DNA of 64,000 bases. It comes from Fimicolochytrium jonesii (Eukaryota). A program made the position numbers and the translations under genes. The notes below the pieces were generated by a model, which was given only the letters and a program-made list of their open reading frames with translations, searched no databases and was not told the origin of the DNA. Positions 20,079-34,249 of the stretch are shown one piece after another. The stretch lies in the NCBI RefSeq assembly GCF_025526975.1, contig NW_026515682.1, positions 124,001 through 188,000 on the forward strand. Direction: 5' to 3'. The stretch's first letter is position 1. Each line of letters begins with the position of its first letter.

Positions 20079-21294
20079 TTCTCCAACGGCCTGCATTGTT
20101 GGATTGAGAATTCAGCGAATCGGGAGGCAGAGGTTGAATTCGAACGACCCGACCGGGAAGAGATAGCCCGGGGGTCGGGTGTCTCTCTACGTGTATATAT
20201 ATGTACGTTTCTGGTTTTCCAGCGGTCGCCGCCAGGTGGGAAAGGTGACAAAACAGGCTTCCGGAAAGCCTGAGGATCGCCTCGAATTCAGGTCCAGCGC
20301 GAATATCAGAATCATTTCAACAGCCAGCCGCCCTGACAGCCGCCGTCAAAACGGTCGAGCGGTCAGCGGCCTCCGGCGGGCCGGTCAACTAAATAGCCCC
20401 CCGGTGACTTGGCCTTTCCCAGGCCCCGCCTTCAACTATGTACCTCCCTCCTTCCCGCGAGATATATTTTCAACTTTCTCTCAAGACTATCTATCCAATG
20501 AGGCTCGGTCCTGACTGCCCCATGGCGGCATCAAGTTATTCTGAAAGATCGGAGGGTCTCCCGGTTGCAGTGGCTTGCCCGCAGCGAACCACGCAAGATG
20601 GAAACTTGAAGCATCCGCACGGTGTGTGGTACGCCGCGGCGAGGGGAACGCAGTACTGCATGTCGGGACCGACAAAAAGACGAGGGGGACACGGCCCGGA
20701 CGTCGTAAGCAAGGAGTCTGGTAAAGGCGCTCCAGCTCTGGTGGAAGGACCATGACCATCTGGCAGGGTGCTCTTGGCATCCAAATCCAATCTTCCCTCA
20801 CAAAACTGAATAGACATGGGTCCAGTTTCCCCACAAGCGATGAACTCACAAAAAGTCGAAGTGTGCGCGAAATGCACGCATGCACGGTTCGCTCATCATG
20901 TTGAACACCACTTTTACGCTTCTGACAGCATGTTACTTTACAGCGTCCGGTGTCGAAATATCAAGTATGGCACGATTTCGACAGCTGCACAGTTCACCCA
21001 ACCCCTCCCCGCCTTTCAGAATTGCTTTCTCCGACATTGCAATTGCTACCTAAACGCTGCGTTCGAAAACAGATTTGTTCTTCGAAGCCAATAATTGACC
21101 AGGTCTTAGTTGGATCCAGCGGCTCCGGGCACTAGAGACTTCTTAGTGTTACCGTACCAAGGAACCTTTCGTGAACCCCTACCAGTAATGGCGTTCGTCC
21201 ACCGTGATCTCTGACCTAACCGGACCGATAAATCCGAAGTAGTCATCAATAAACCCTAAAGGCAGGACACCTCCACTCATAGAGGATCACCACA

Positions 21295-24200
21295 ATGGAT
21301 TTTCCGCCGACTCAGGTACGCCTCACCACCTCTTTCCACGTGATCTGGGATCTTCAACCCACTTGACCCTTTCAGACTCCGGGCTCTCAGCTGCAGCTGA
21401 CGGCAGCCAACTGCGAAGGTGAGGATCTGTCCGAGAGTTCAGCAATCTTCATCAGCGAGAAGTGGTGTCTCACCATTCTTTATTTTTTCTCTTTCTAGAA
21501 TATGCGGACCAAGTGGCAAATACAGCGTTAGGTGCGTTCTTTTCACGGACGCAAGCCATTTCTGAGGCTGCGATGACATTCACTGAATTGGTGTGGAATT
21601 CAGATATCCCGACCCGACTGCGAGCAGCTTGCGATCTTCGGGAGTCAATCGAACTCTTCCAGGACGATGAGAATCCGGAGGTCATGCACAAAGTGATCCC
21701 TAAGATCGCACAGGTTCTGAAGGATGAGGCACCCGTATTTATCAGCAACTCACCGGTTCAGGTACCTTTAATCCTCACATTTGCATATTGGGTCATATGC
21801 CAACCGTTCTCTCCTAGGAACTACGAACCACCCTCCTTGAAATCATACAAAGACTCCCCCCCACAGAGGCCCTGAAACCCATACTAGCCCATATCATGAA
21901 CGCGCTGATGCGCCTTTTACGCGATGACAACGAGGACAATGGGGCCCTTGCCTTGAAGATTCTGGTGGATTTGCATAAGAACTTCAAGCCCAACCTGGAT
22001 GAGTGGGTGCAGGGATTCTTGGAGACTGTGCAGCAGATGTATAAGAACATGGAAGATACCCTCAAAGAGACTTTCGAGGATCCGAAGCCAGCGAAGGTAT
22101 CAGTTTTTCCCATTTCGTTGGATGGCAGTACATGAAAAGCTTATTCTCCAATGGGTTCTCAGATGGCGGAAACGGTTCCTTTGCCAAAGTCCACGGATCC
22201 CCTCGTCACTACGACCGATGTGGGAGAGACACCTCATCAGTTGCGCCATGTTTTGCATAGCTTCAAAGTTTTGGCAGAGTGCCCGATAGTCATAGCACTG
22301 CTGTTCCAGCTGTACCGCAAAGTTGTACATGTGAACGTGCCAGCCTTCGTTCCCCTGGTCATCAGCGTAAGTGGTGTACTAGTCTTTCGGGCATTCGTCG
22401 GACTTCCTTGTGATACATTGCCCGTGTAGTGCCTATCGCTTGTCCCTAGTCAACAACAGAAACACGTGGCCGAAGCAGATGCCAAGGAGATTGCCTTCGT
22501 GGGTCTGAGTCCAGACGTTCCAGATCGGGCAGCTATGTTTGATCTGCTGACACTGCAAGTGAAGGTAAGGCGGTTCACCTCACTTGGCTCCTTCTCATTC
22601 TCCTCACCTTTTCACTCCTTAGACGGTGTCATTCATTGCGTACATACTGAGGAGCTTCGTAGCAATCCTGAAGCCGCATCAGCAGGTTATCGCAGATGGG
22701 ACTGTTTATCTGTTGAGATCCTTTCCTTGCGAAGTGGCAGCAACGAGAAAGGTGCGTCTCGGCGCGTGGCAACCTGGAGATCACCACCTCTGATGTTCTG
22801 TTCCTACGACAGGAACTGCTGGTGGCTACACGACATATCTGGTACACGGATTTCCGCCAGGCCTTTGTGCAACATGTGGACATTTTGCTGAACGAGGAGG
22901 TTCTCGCCGGTACTGGCGTCACAACTAGAGAAACGTTGCGGTTGGTCTCCGTTGTATGCATGTGGCGATGGAAATGTCCTGTTCGCTAACATGTAGACCC
23001 AGGCCAATAGCGCATAGCGTTTTGGTTGATCTGATTCACCATGTCCGGAACAACCTCACAACGGCGCAGCTGTCGAAAGCTATATATATGTACTCCCACA
23101 ATCTCCACGACTCGTATTTCGCGCCCAACATTCAGACAATGTGCGCCAAGCTGTTGATCAATCTTGTGGATTGCGTGTCAAATATGACGGACAAGACAGA
23201 AGGTATGAGGTTTATATGTCCCTTACTGGACTGTTCACAGGCTGCTCATTCAATTGACTTCCTAACAGCTCGCAAACTTCTCTTGAAAATCATGCGCGCC
23301 TTTGGGCAGAAGTTTACCGCCTTGAAGTTGGCGTATCCTGTGATTCTGGAGCACCACCAGCGAAGGAAAGCCGAACCCGTCAAAACGGAGGATGGGGTTG
23401 TACCAATGGCCAACACGAATGGATATCTTGACCTTGGGCTGTCGCAACCCATTCGAACATACATGAGAGGATTCGAAGGGACTGCAGATGTCGCAAAAGG
23501 TAATATGCCTTTCACCTCGGCCTCCAAGCTTTTGGTACTGATCGAACATTGTAGATATTCGGTTCCTCTTCAAGAACCTTGTGCAAGGATTCAAATCCGT
23601 CCTGAATGCTCTTCGAGCGTTCAACGGGCCCATTCCGCCCAATTACAACGCGGAAGTGTGGGCAACCTTCGCACACAACTTCGAACGCGAGGATGTTCAA
23701 CTGTTCGTCAGGATCTTGAAAGATGGGATGATCTGCTACAACTACTGGACACTGGACTACACTCGAGCGGAGGGCCACACCGCCACCGCCAGTGACAGAC
23801 AACTTCCGCCATACATCGATTCGATAGAGGAGAAGGAGGTCTTTGAAGGGTTCGCGTCAACTTTTGCCCTGATCGAGCCTCCAGTCTTCCAAGAGATTTT
23901 CGCATCACAGATGGAGTTCATCGTCGATCAGACACTTCTCAATCCGACAGTGCTGTCACTTTGCCAGTACTTCTTGGCCAGCACCGTTGTCTCCACTCCG
24001 TTTGCCGGGCTGGTAGTTCGATTCTTGGTGGACAACCTCGATCGATTAGGGAACAGGGAACAACCTTACGCTTCGGTGATGCTGCGACTCTTCAAGCTTC
24101 TTTTCATGTCTGTTACGCTGTTCCCCGACAAGAATGAGGCAGTTCTCCGTCCACAGATCGGGCCGCTGATAGTCAAGGCGATGAAGCTCTCCACGAAAGC

Positions 24201-27200
24201 AAAGAATTCCCTCAACTACTTCCATTTGCTACGAGCTCTGTTCCGCAGCATCGGTGGCGGTCGTTTCGAGCAATTGTACCAGGAAGTCCTACCTCTTCTG
24301 CATGTTCTCCTGGAGGGCTTGAACTCCCTGCTGGCCGCATCGAGTACAAAGTTTCTGAAGGAGCTCTTCGTGGAACTGTGTCTAACAGTACCTGTTCGAC
24401 TCAGTGTTCTTCTTCCCTTCTTGTCGTATCTCATGAAACCTCTCGTGCTGGCACTGGAGGCAGGAACAGAACTCGTCAGTCAAGGAGTGCGAACTCTCGA
24501 ACTATGCGTCGACAATCTCACCAAGGAGTTTCTGGATCCCATCATGAGCCCGGTTATTACAGAACTTATGACGGCGCTCTCGCGCCATCTACGCCCGTTA
24601 CCCTACCACACAGGACATAGTCATGCAGTGGTGCGAATCTTAGGAAAGCTAGGCGGACGGAACCGGCGTAACGTCAAACAGCCGAAAATGGAGGTCGCTT
24701 CCACTATGGAAAAGCTGGTGGAGTTACGAGTCTACTTTCATTCGGGAGAATCGAGGGTCATCTCTCTAGATGCTGTGCTTGAGCTCTCTGGTGCAATCTT
24801 GGACGAAAGGAAGAGCACTCCTCACTTTAGGCGACATGCGTTAGAATTCGTGAAGTCGTGTTTGCCTTTGCTTTTTGATCAGGAAGGCGCGGTTGAAGAC
24901 TTTCCGGAAAGGCTAGCGGTACATGTTGCACGACTGAGCAAACAGCAGGCGATGAAATCTGCGCCATCTGATGACAAACAGCCGAGTGACAACTCTTCGG
25001 CGAATCAATCCGAAGAAAGCCGACCCTTCATGGATCCCCCCCTGATTTCGGCGGACAGGAAAGATGCTTATGACAAGACCTTGACCCGCGTCATAACAGC
25101 CTTGTTTGCTGCCAGCATCGACTCGGAACTACACGACGAAGCCTGGGGCTTAGTGGAAGACATTGTTCGTCATTTTGCGATTCTGAGCGTCGTTGAAATG
25201 TTTGAGGCGAGAGGGAAACCGAAGCTGGATACGCACAGGTCTCCCATTACCGCGGCCAACATGAAGATCTCGCGTGTCAGCGGGTTCATCGAAGCTGTTA
25301 TCGACACTATGGCATCAGAGAAGACAGAACGACAAGATGCAGCGCGGAAGGCGATTCTCTTATTCTGCGAAGTGTGTGTCGAGATTCTGGGACCTGAACC
25401 AGGTCTCCTGGAAGAACTTCCTGCTCTGCATCGCCTTGCATCCCGATTTTGCTCGTCGTGCTATCAGCAACAATGGGTCCGAAAGATTGGTGGATGTGTC
25501 GGGATATCTATCTTTATAACGGATGTCAAGGTCGGCTTGCAATGGATGCTTGGTCATCAATTGGAGTTCGTTAAAGCCCTCATTTACGTCTTGAAAGATC
25601 GATCACCGGATATGGCCATGGGGAACGCCGAGGAGGCCACGCGGACCCTAGCGCGGATTTTGGAAGTGTGCAATCGGGTGGACGAAAACGTCCCTCTCAC
25701 TCAGGAGCGCAAGCTCAAGTTCCATAGCTTGATTTCACTTCTCATCTCGGAGTTGTCGGACTCGAGTAGCGCTGTGCGCGATGCCATTCAGTCTTCCCTT
25801 CAGACACTCGCAACGATACTGGGTAGAGAGGTGACGGACCTGCTCGGACCGGTCAAGCACACGTTACTGCAACGGATCTTTGCGAAGCCTTTGCGCGCGC
25901 TTCCATTTGCAATGCAGATCGGGCACATTGACGCCATCACTTACTGCCTGACATTGAGACCGCCGTTGCTTTTGTTCGGCGACGAGCTGATGCGTTTGAT
26001 TTCGGAAGCATTAGCCTTGGCTGACGCGGAGGATCAAGCCTTGGTCAGCAAGACCACGCAAACGAAGACTCTCAACCCTCTGACCAACCTGCGCGTTGTC
26101 TGCATCAACCTACTCTCTGCCGCAATGGAGTGCCCAGACTTTCAAACGCCGCGACAAGCGCAGATTCGAGCACGCATCGTCTCCGTTTTCTTCAAATCAC
26201 TTTATTCCACGTCCTCGGAGGTTGTGGAGACTGCGAACAAAGGTAGGCACTTTCTTGACGGCCGTCGCCATGCTCTACCCTATGCTAATGTCTCGTACCT
26301 GGTGTGTAGGCTTGCAGCAAATTTTGCGAACGCAAGGGAAATTGCCTAAGGATCAATTGCAGTCCGGTTTACGTCCGATACTTGTGAACCTTTCAGACCC
26401 GAAGCGGCTGTCGGTATCGGGACTGGAAGGACTGGCACGCTTACTACAGCTGTTGACGAACTACTTCAAGGTGGAGATAGGGAAGAAGCTCCTTGATCAC
26501 CTTATCTTCTGGGGGAACGCCACCATGCTTGCAGAAGCTTCGGGCAAACCGAATGGGGACGTCGAAGAGGTGAAAATCATGGCTGCCATCCTGGAGATAT
26601 TTTCTTTGCTTCCTCCGACGGCAAACATTTACATGGCGGACATGGTGAAAGAAATCATTCAGTTGGAATCTTTCCTTCGCCGCTCAGCCACGAGTCCCTT
26701 CAGACTACCCCTGATCAAATTCTTGAACCGGTATCCAACTGAAGCCGCCACCTTATTCATGGAAAAAATCAAGGACACAGCGTACAGCGAGCTGTTAGCC
26801 GATCTTTTGCGAATGACCGAAGCCGACGAGTTTCGCTCGGCTATCGAAGCTGACGCGACGGGGTTGATTGAACGGACAATCGGTGTTGTGGGCGAGGGCG
26901 CGGAACCAGAGAGCCTGCGCTTCAAAGGCGTGATCATCGTTCACGAATTGGTGATGGCCCATCCGCAGTGGATTGTTGAACATCGACACGTCTTAGATGC
27001 GGTGTGCCATATTTGGCGTAAGCATTCTGATGGACCGGTGAAATGGAATGATTCTCGGCAGTCTCCTGAGCTCTTGACGGAGCTAATTGTCGAAATCTTC
27101 TTCCAATTCTTGAAGACTGATGCGGACGACGTTGACGTCCTCATGGATCTCCTACGAGTCTTTGAGCACGATCTCATGAACGATCCCGGCAGCGTAAAAG

Positions 27201-30200
27201 AATTTGTATTCCGGGAAATAATCTCAAACCGGAGCACAGCCTATAAATGTCGGGTCATCAAGCGTTTCTTGGAAGCATACGATGAAGAAGGCCGTTCGCA
27301 GGGGAGCAAGACGACCATCCTGCGGTTTCTGGTCAATCCCATGCTCCGTGTTACCTTTGAGCGGAAGGAAGCGGAGGGCCTGATCGACCCCGACATCATC
27401 ACCGCCACACAGCAGAAGGTGTGGCTACCACTCTCCTCGGAATCTGGCGCATCCCAAGCAATATCCGATTTCCTCAAAGTCGAACTGTTGCAGTACACAT
27501 GTCTGTTGGTACAATACGCCCCGGATATCATCAGTGAAACCCGGAACGATGTTATCAAATTCGCTTGGAACCATATCAAGGTGGAGGATGTCGTTTGCAA
27601 ACAAGCCGCATATGTGTTACTGGCTCGATTCATTGAAGTATATGAAACCCCGCCTAAGATTGTCATCCAAATCTACGTTGCGTTATTGAGGGCTCACCAA
27701 TCAGAGACCCCGCAAGGCCGCATACTGGTTCGACAGGCCCTAGATATACTCGTTCCGGTCTTACCAAAGCGCGCTGGCGCAGTCCCTGGAACCCCGGATG
27801 GACAGTCGGCACTACCTCTGTATATCCGCTGGACTCGCAAGATCATTGTGGAGGATGTTCACAACTTCGCGCAGCTGGTCGCGCTATACCAGATTGTGGC
27901 CCGATATCCCGATCTCTTTTACGATTACAGATTGCTGTTCGTCCGTCAAATGATCAAAGCCTTGTCAAGGCTGGCCTTTTCTTCGCACGCGAACCCCGAA
28001 TCGCGGATTTTGACGATCGATTTATGCGACTTGCTGGTCAACTGGGATCTACCGGTGGCGGAGAATAAGGAGACGCCCGACAGAGATGAGCACAGAATGG
28101 ACATATCCGAAGGTAAGCTCGAACAGACAGACATTCGCATGACGTGACCGAGTGAACTCAACTAAAGATTCTTTTGCCAGACGCAGGTCTACCCCGGAAG
28201 CGAACACCTGAAACCGAATTGGAATCTCCAAGCAAGAAGAAAATCCTTCTATCCGATGACGCCATGGTCATCGACACCGTGGTTGAGAGCCCCCTTGACG
28301 TTTCCCCTCCAGCTTCGGCCTTATCCACAAGTGTCATGTCAGTGGAGGACCATGAGCTTGTGATCACTACCCTGACACGGATCGCTTGTAACCTGACCGA
28401 GGCTGTGTCCCGGAAAGCCACGACGCATCGTGTTGTCAACTTGATCAAGAAATGCCTGCATTCATGGTCTGACGTCAAACTGGAGCTGGCGAGCTTTGAG
28501 AAGGCGATGCTGTTGGAGGTCTCTGACCTCCACATGGTGCAAGTCCTAAATTCGATCGAGATTTTGGCCGCTTTTATCGAAATTCGGCCAATTCAGTGGG
28601 TGCTCACCAACATCGCGGCGATACAAAGGCTCATGGAAAAGTGGATCAAAGCGGACAACGTACGAGTGGCCAGGGCTCTCGCTCCGCTGATTTCTAAGAT
28701 CTATGATGCCAGCGATGAGACCCGAGCAGAGGATGCGACGGACACAGGAAACAGCTTCGTTCGCTTCATCGAATCCAAGATCAATTCCACCCTGAAGGAA
28801 ATCACCGCGGGCGCATCTGCCGCAGGCTCATCAGGGAACGCCAGCTCATCAGCTCAAATATACTGCCTTCTGTCCCTGATGCAAAGCATTCCGTTCAAAT
28901 CCGAGCACCATTACTTGGGAGATCTGATGAAGCTCCTTTCGAAACTTGTGAAGGATCATCAGGAACACGCTCCGACCGGTGGTCCTGTGTCTTTGGACTC
29001 ACCATCACGGCTTCTGGTGCTCCTACTTCATTTGCTGAAACCTCGGGTATCCCAAATGGGCGACCATCGCAAGAGTTTCTTGCAGGCCCTGGTGCAACTG
29101 ACGGACTTCTCTTCAGACATGGAACTTTTGCGAACCATTTTGACAATGGTCCGTTATTGGGTGCTCGTCGGGACGGAGTCTTTTCCCACGGCGAGGGAGA
29201 AAGCGAACTTGATGGATCGTCTTATGAAGGCGACGGAAAGGGACCCCAGGCTTTCTGAAGAATATCTGGATGTCGTTGCGACGATTTACAGCACTCCGAG
29301 CTTTACTCAGTCAGAATTGACTGTGCGTCTGGAGAATGCTTTTTTGAACGGAACAAAACATGCGAACCCAGCCGTTAGGAAAAAGTTTCGAGAGATCTTC
29401 GACAACAGCATTGGTCGATCCGTTTCGCTTAGAATCAACTACATCATCTCTGTGCAAAACTGGGACCATCTAGCCGCTTATTTCTGGCCACGACAGGCTT
29501 TGGACTTACTCCTTGGTTGCGCTCTGACAGATGGAAGCATTTTCAGTAGTGCGCCACAGGACAGACCCCTAGACATACTTAAGCTTCAAGCACTTGAGCC
29601 GGGAAGCGACGGACAAGAAACTGCTGGAACCGGAGAGGCGGATGCATGCAAAAGCCGAGTAAACGGAGCCCTGAAGCGTCATCGGCAGTTCTTGGAGACA
29701 TTGCGGTCACTAAAGGTGTCTGGATTGATCGAACCCACGCGCAATCTCCTCTTCTGGGACAATGAGTTCGCGCACACAATGTGGGTCGAGCTGTTTCCCG
29801 CATTTTGGGGTATCATTTCATCTCGAGAGCGACATGACTTGCGGAAGTCATTGATCCCGCTCTTGGCCAAAGATTATCACGTGAAACAAATCGATACCAA
29901 CCCGAACGTCGTCCGGACTTTGCTAGACGGCATCAACCGCTGCGATCCATCGATTCAACCAAAATTACCACCGCAACTGGTTCGCTACCTCGGGAAGACG
30001 CACAACGCCTGGTATACGACAATCGAGCTCCTGCAACAAACCGTCGTCGAGACGCGCTTCGCGGGGGCAGTTGCTGCCAAAGAGGATGAGAAAATACGAG
30101 AAACGACAATGGATGCTCTTTGCGAGTTGTTCGGTACTCTTTCTGAAGATGATTACCTCTACGGAATATGGCGCAGAAGATCAGTTTTTGCCGAAACTAA

Positions 30201-33200
30201 TGCGGGGGTGTCTTTCGAATCCTGCGGGCTATGGAGTCAAGCCCAGAGATTGTACGAAACGGCGCAAGCGAAAGCTCGTAGTGGCGTTATGCCATACTTG
30301 GAGTCTGAATACCGTCTATGGGAGGAGCACTGGGTCCTCTGCGCTGAGAAATTACAACAATGGGATCTCTTGACTGACTTGTCAAAGCAGGAATCAAATT
30401 CGGAGCTATTCTTGGAGTGCTCATGGAGATTATCAGATTGGAACAGTGATCGTGATCTGTTACAGTCAACCACGGAAACTTTGTCCGATTCGAACCCTAT
30501 GCGGAAGGTATATCAGGCTTACATGATACTGCTACGTCAGAATGAACGAGCCGCCACGCATTCGCACGAACTTCCTGCAATACGAAAAGAATTCGCGAGA
30601 GTTTGTGACGAGGGAATACAAAGTACCATCAAGCGCTACTTCGCTTTGCCGTCTCAAGCTACCAGCGCACATATTCCATTGTTGCACCTCTTCCAGCAAT
30701 TTGTGGAACTGAGCGACGCTTCAGCCATAGCAGACGTCTTGAGCTCAGCAACGGCTGCAAACATCGTCGACAAAACGAACGAAATGAAGCCGTCATTATC
30801 AACATGGAAGGATCGCCTGCCAAATCGTTGGGATGATATCACGTTGTGGAGCCACTTCGTCGCTTGGAGGCAGCACGTGTTCCAGATGATCAACAAAGCG
30901 TACCTGCCTTTGATTCCACACCTCAATACTCAGCAAGGGATGGGCAATCCGAGAGATAACCCTAGCTCTCAAGCATTCAAAGGGTTCCATGAAACAGCCT
31001 GGATCATCAACCGGTTTGCCAACGTTGCGCGAAAACAGCAACTCATTGACGTTTGCAATGATTCACTGAGCAAAATATATACGCTTCCCAACATTGAAAT
31101 TCACGAAGCGTTCTTCAAGCTGCGGGAGCAAGCAAAGAGCTATTTCGTCAACGCAACAGACTACGCCACTGGCCTGGATGTCATCAACAATACGAATCTG
31201 TTGTACTTCAATCCATCCCAAAAGGCCGAGTTCTTCGCTCTTAAAGGAGTTTTCTTCGCAAAACTCAATCTCCACGAGGATGCTGAGAGTGCGTTTTCCT
31301 CAGCTGTGCAAATGGAGGTTAATTTACCAAAGGCATGGGCTGCGTATGCTCAGTATCATGATCGTGTCTTCAAAGAGCGCCCGGAGGAAATCAAGTACGG
31401 CATAGGAGCTATGAACTGTTATCTCCACGCGGCAGGTGTCTATCAGAATGGTCGGGCTCGAAAATGTCTGGCTCGTATTTTATGGTTGTTCACGTTGGAC
31501 GACAATGAGGGCAGGATTGCCAAAACATTCGATGATTACAAAGGGGAGACTCCGGTATGGTACTGGACGACGTTCATTCCACAACTGCTGGCAGCTCTGT
31601 CGAGCAGGGAGGCGCCTCAAGCAAAGGAGATTTTGAAGAAAATTGCCAAGCAGTTCCCGCAGGTGAGTCGACACACAGGATGAGCCGTATCCCATAAATC
31701 CTCATTTCATATCTGCATCCAGGCCCTCTATTTCCAACTGCGCACGACGAGGGAGGAGACATTGGCCTTGAAAAAGTCGCAAGCTGCTGAATCTCAGCGA
31801 ATGCGACCACCAGAGCAGTCATCGCAGATACCCACCATACCCGAGAACAGTGTTCCGGGCCAAGCGGACGGCCCCACTCCGACGAACGCAGCGAATCCCA
31901 TTCACGTACCGGCCGCCCCGCGCAAGTTTCAGGCATGGGAGCATGTGGAGGAAGTAAACGCTGTAGTCAAGACTGCGTTCCCATTACTCGCTTTGTCGAT
32001 GGAAACCATGCTCGACCAGATCATGCAGCGTCTGAAGCCAACTACGGATGAGGACATATATAGGCTAATAGTTGCTCTATTGCATGACGGGCTAGCGATG
32101 TACATCCAACAAATGACTCGCGATGCAGGAGACCAGGGCAGTGGTCTATCAACGGCAACGGAGCTGAATCTTCTTCGATTTTCGGAGAGCATGCAGCCCA
32201 ATCACATGAAGTACAAGGCTGCCTTTGAACAAGACTTCATCAAAAGCAAACCCAACCTCGCGCAACTCGTGGACCGATTTCGAGAATGGCGCGACAATCT
32301 GGAGGTATTACTAGATTCCAGGCCGAAGAAGCAACACTTGGAGCACTTCAGCCACTGGCTTGTGGAGTTCGAGTACCAAAAATTCGAAGATATCGACGTT
32401 CCCGGGCAGTATTTCCTCATACGCGACAACAACAAGGACTTTGTGCGCATAGATCGTTTTGAGCCGGAGGTGGATTTGATTCGAAGCACCGCTGCTTGTC
32501 ACCGTCGGTTCACCATCCGGGGCCACGATGGGACATTCCATCCTTTTAGCGTCCAGCATCCGGCCGCGAAGCACTGCAGGAGAGAGGAGAGGATAATGCA
32601 ACTGTTCCGTATCTTGAACGATCTGCTAGAGCGGCGGGTCGAGACCCGAAGAAGAAACCTGTCATTCCACCTCCCGCTGATCGTACCTTTAGCACCTACT
32701 GTTCGACTCGTGGAGGATGATCCTAGTTACGTTACTCTGCAAGAGGTTTGGGAGCACCACTGTGGTGAAAGGAAATTGCACAAAGACATTCACTCAAAGC
32801 ATTATATGGACCGCATGCGAGAAGTGTATGCCTCAAACAATTTCGACAAGCAAGGGGTAAGGCGTACCTGGTGTTCACTTTTGTCACTGCTTTGTCCTTA
32901 ACTTTGTTACGCAGAAACTGGACAGGGTGCAGCTCCTCAATTTCAAAGCCGAAATCTGGGAGGACATTGCGAACAGATTTATGCCGGAGACCATCTTGAC
33001 AAAGGTAACGCATGATTTCTTAGGATGGCCTAATTTGTTGGCCCCGGTCTTATCGTCACCGTCTTCAGTTTATGACAAGAGCCCTGAAGTCATACGGCGA
33101 CTTGTGGGCTATGCGGAAACAGTTCACTCGATCTCTAGCAGCCAACACCTTCATTACGCAAATCACCAGCATCGGTCCACGACAACCGCACAAAATCAGC

Positions 33201-33911
33201 ATATCGCGGCAAACCGGAAACGTATGGTTTCATGAACTTATACCAGGTATTCTGATCGTTATCCGCGATGAGAAAGGCTTCTCATCATATGCTGACAAAT
33301 GCATACATTGTCTCTCCATTAGGAATCTCCCATACCACATTCTTGTTCACGAACTCCGAGCCGGTTCCCTTCCGCTTTACGCCGAATATTCAGCACTTCG
33401 TAACCCCGATAGGTGTCGACGGGGTTTTTGCTCCTTCCATACAAGCCATTGGAAGAGCGCTAACAGAGCCTTCGGTGAGTCTAAAATGATTACTGGCGAT
33501 CTTGCCACGACCGGCTTGCTCACTACATCGTTCTTCCTCAGTACGAGTTTGAGGATTATCTGAGCATATTTGTTCGAGATGAGCTCATCACCCACCAGCA
33601 ACTGTTCAAAAAGGCCCCTTTGCAAGAACAGCAGCTGAAGGAATTCACCCTCCAAAATTGTGATTTAATGCTGAAGCGGGCCATAGGGACCTCATGCAGA
33701 GAAGAGCGCGAGAAGGTATTTAGATCATCACATTGGCTTTTCCGCTGTAGAGCGACTACTGATCATAGGACAACGTGCTTTTCCACTTTTTTTTCCATAG
33801 GGAATCGACGGTGCCGAACCAGCAAACCAAACTATTCTTGACCTCATCTCGAATGTGGTCAATCCTCACAAGCTCTGCCAAATGGATGTCGCTTTCGTGG
33901 CCAGGCTGTAG
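21295..33911 (+). CDS. TRA1: Tra1/TRRAP, PIKK-family pseudokinase subunit of SAGA and NuA4, multi-exon
   Basis: SFKVLAECPIVI, LRALFRSIGGGRFEQLYQE, ELFVELCLTVPVRLS, FAT region WEEHWVLCAEKLQQWD, SKIYTLPNIEIHEAFFKLREQ, RREERIMQLFR, EPVPFRFTPNIQ, and FATC NQTILDLI...MD. Confidence 0.97.
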
Positions 33912-34249
33912 AAAACCCCTATACGCCATGGAAGATTCGCATATGGCCGACCTCAGTTGAAATCTGTTCTATATATATCTTTTTTGCGCTGATGGTATAC
34001 TTTTTTTTGGCTAAATACAATGCAAGCTACATACATATGCTACTCATGCTCGGATCGAATATGAAATCATTGGTGGGGTCGCGAATCGTGGCCTAATTGA
34101 AGTCCTCCGCAGCTCAACTGATCCATATGGCCGGAACTGCTCACGGCGCCAGAGACGGGAATCTGGTCAATGTAACCCCTAACCCTGTCATTTTAATGTC
34201 CACCATTGGTTTTCCCAATCTTTGCTCTTGCTCCTGCTGCCTGAAAGTC

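Noticed and set aside
34172..34187. Telomere-like TAACCCCTAACCCT
   Set aside because: Only two imperfect units, located in a 3' intergenic region.
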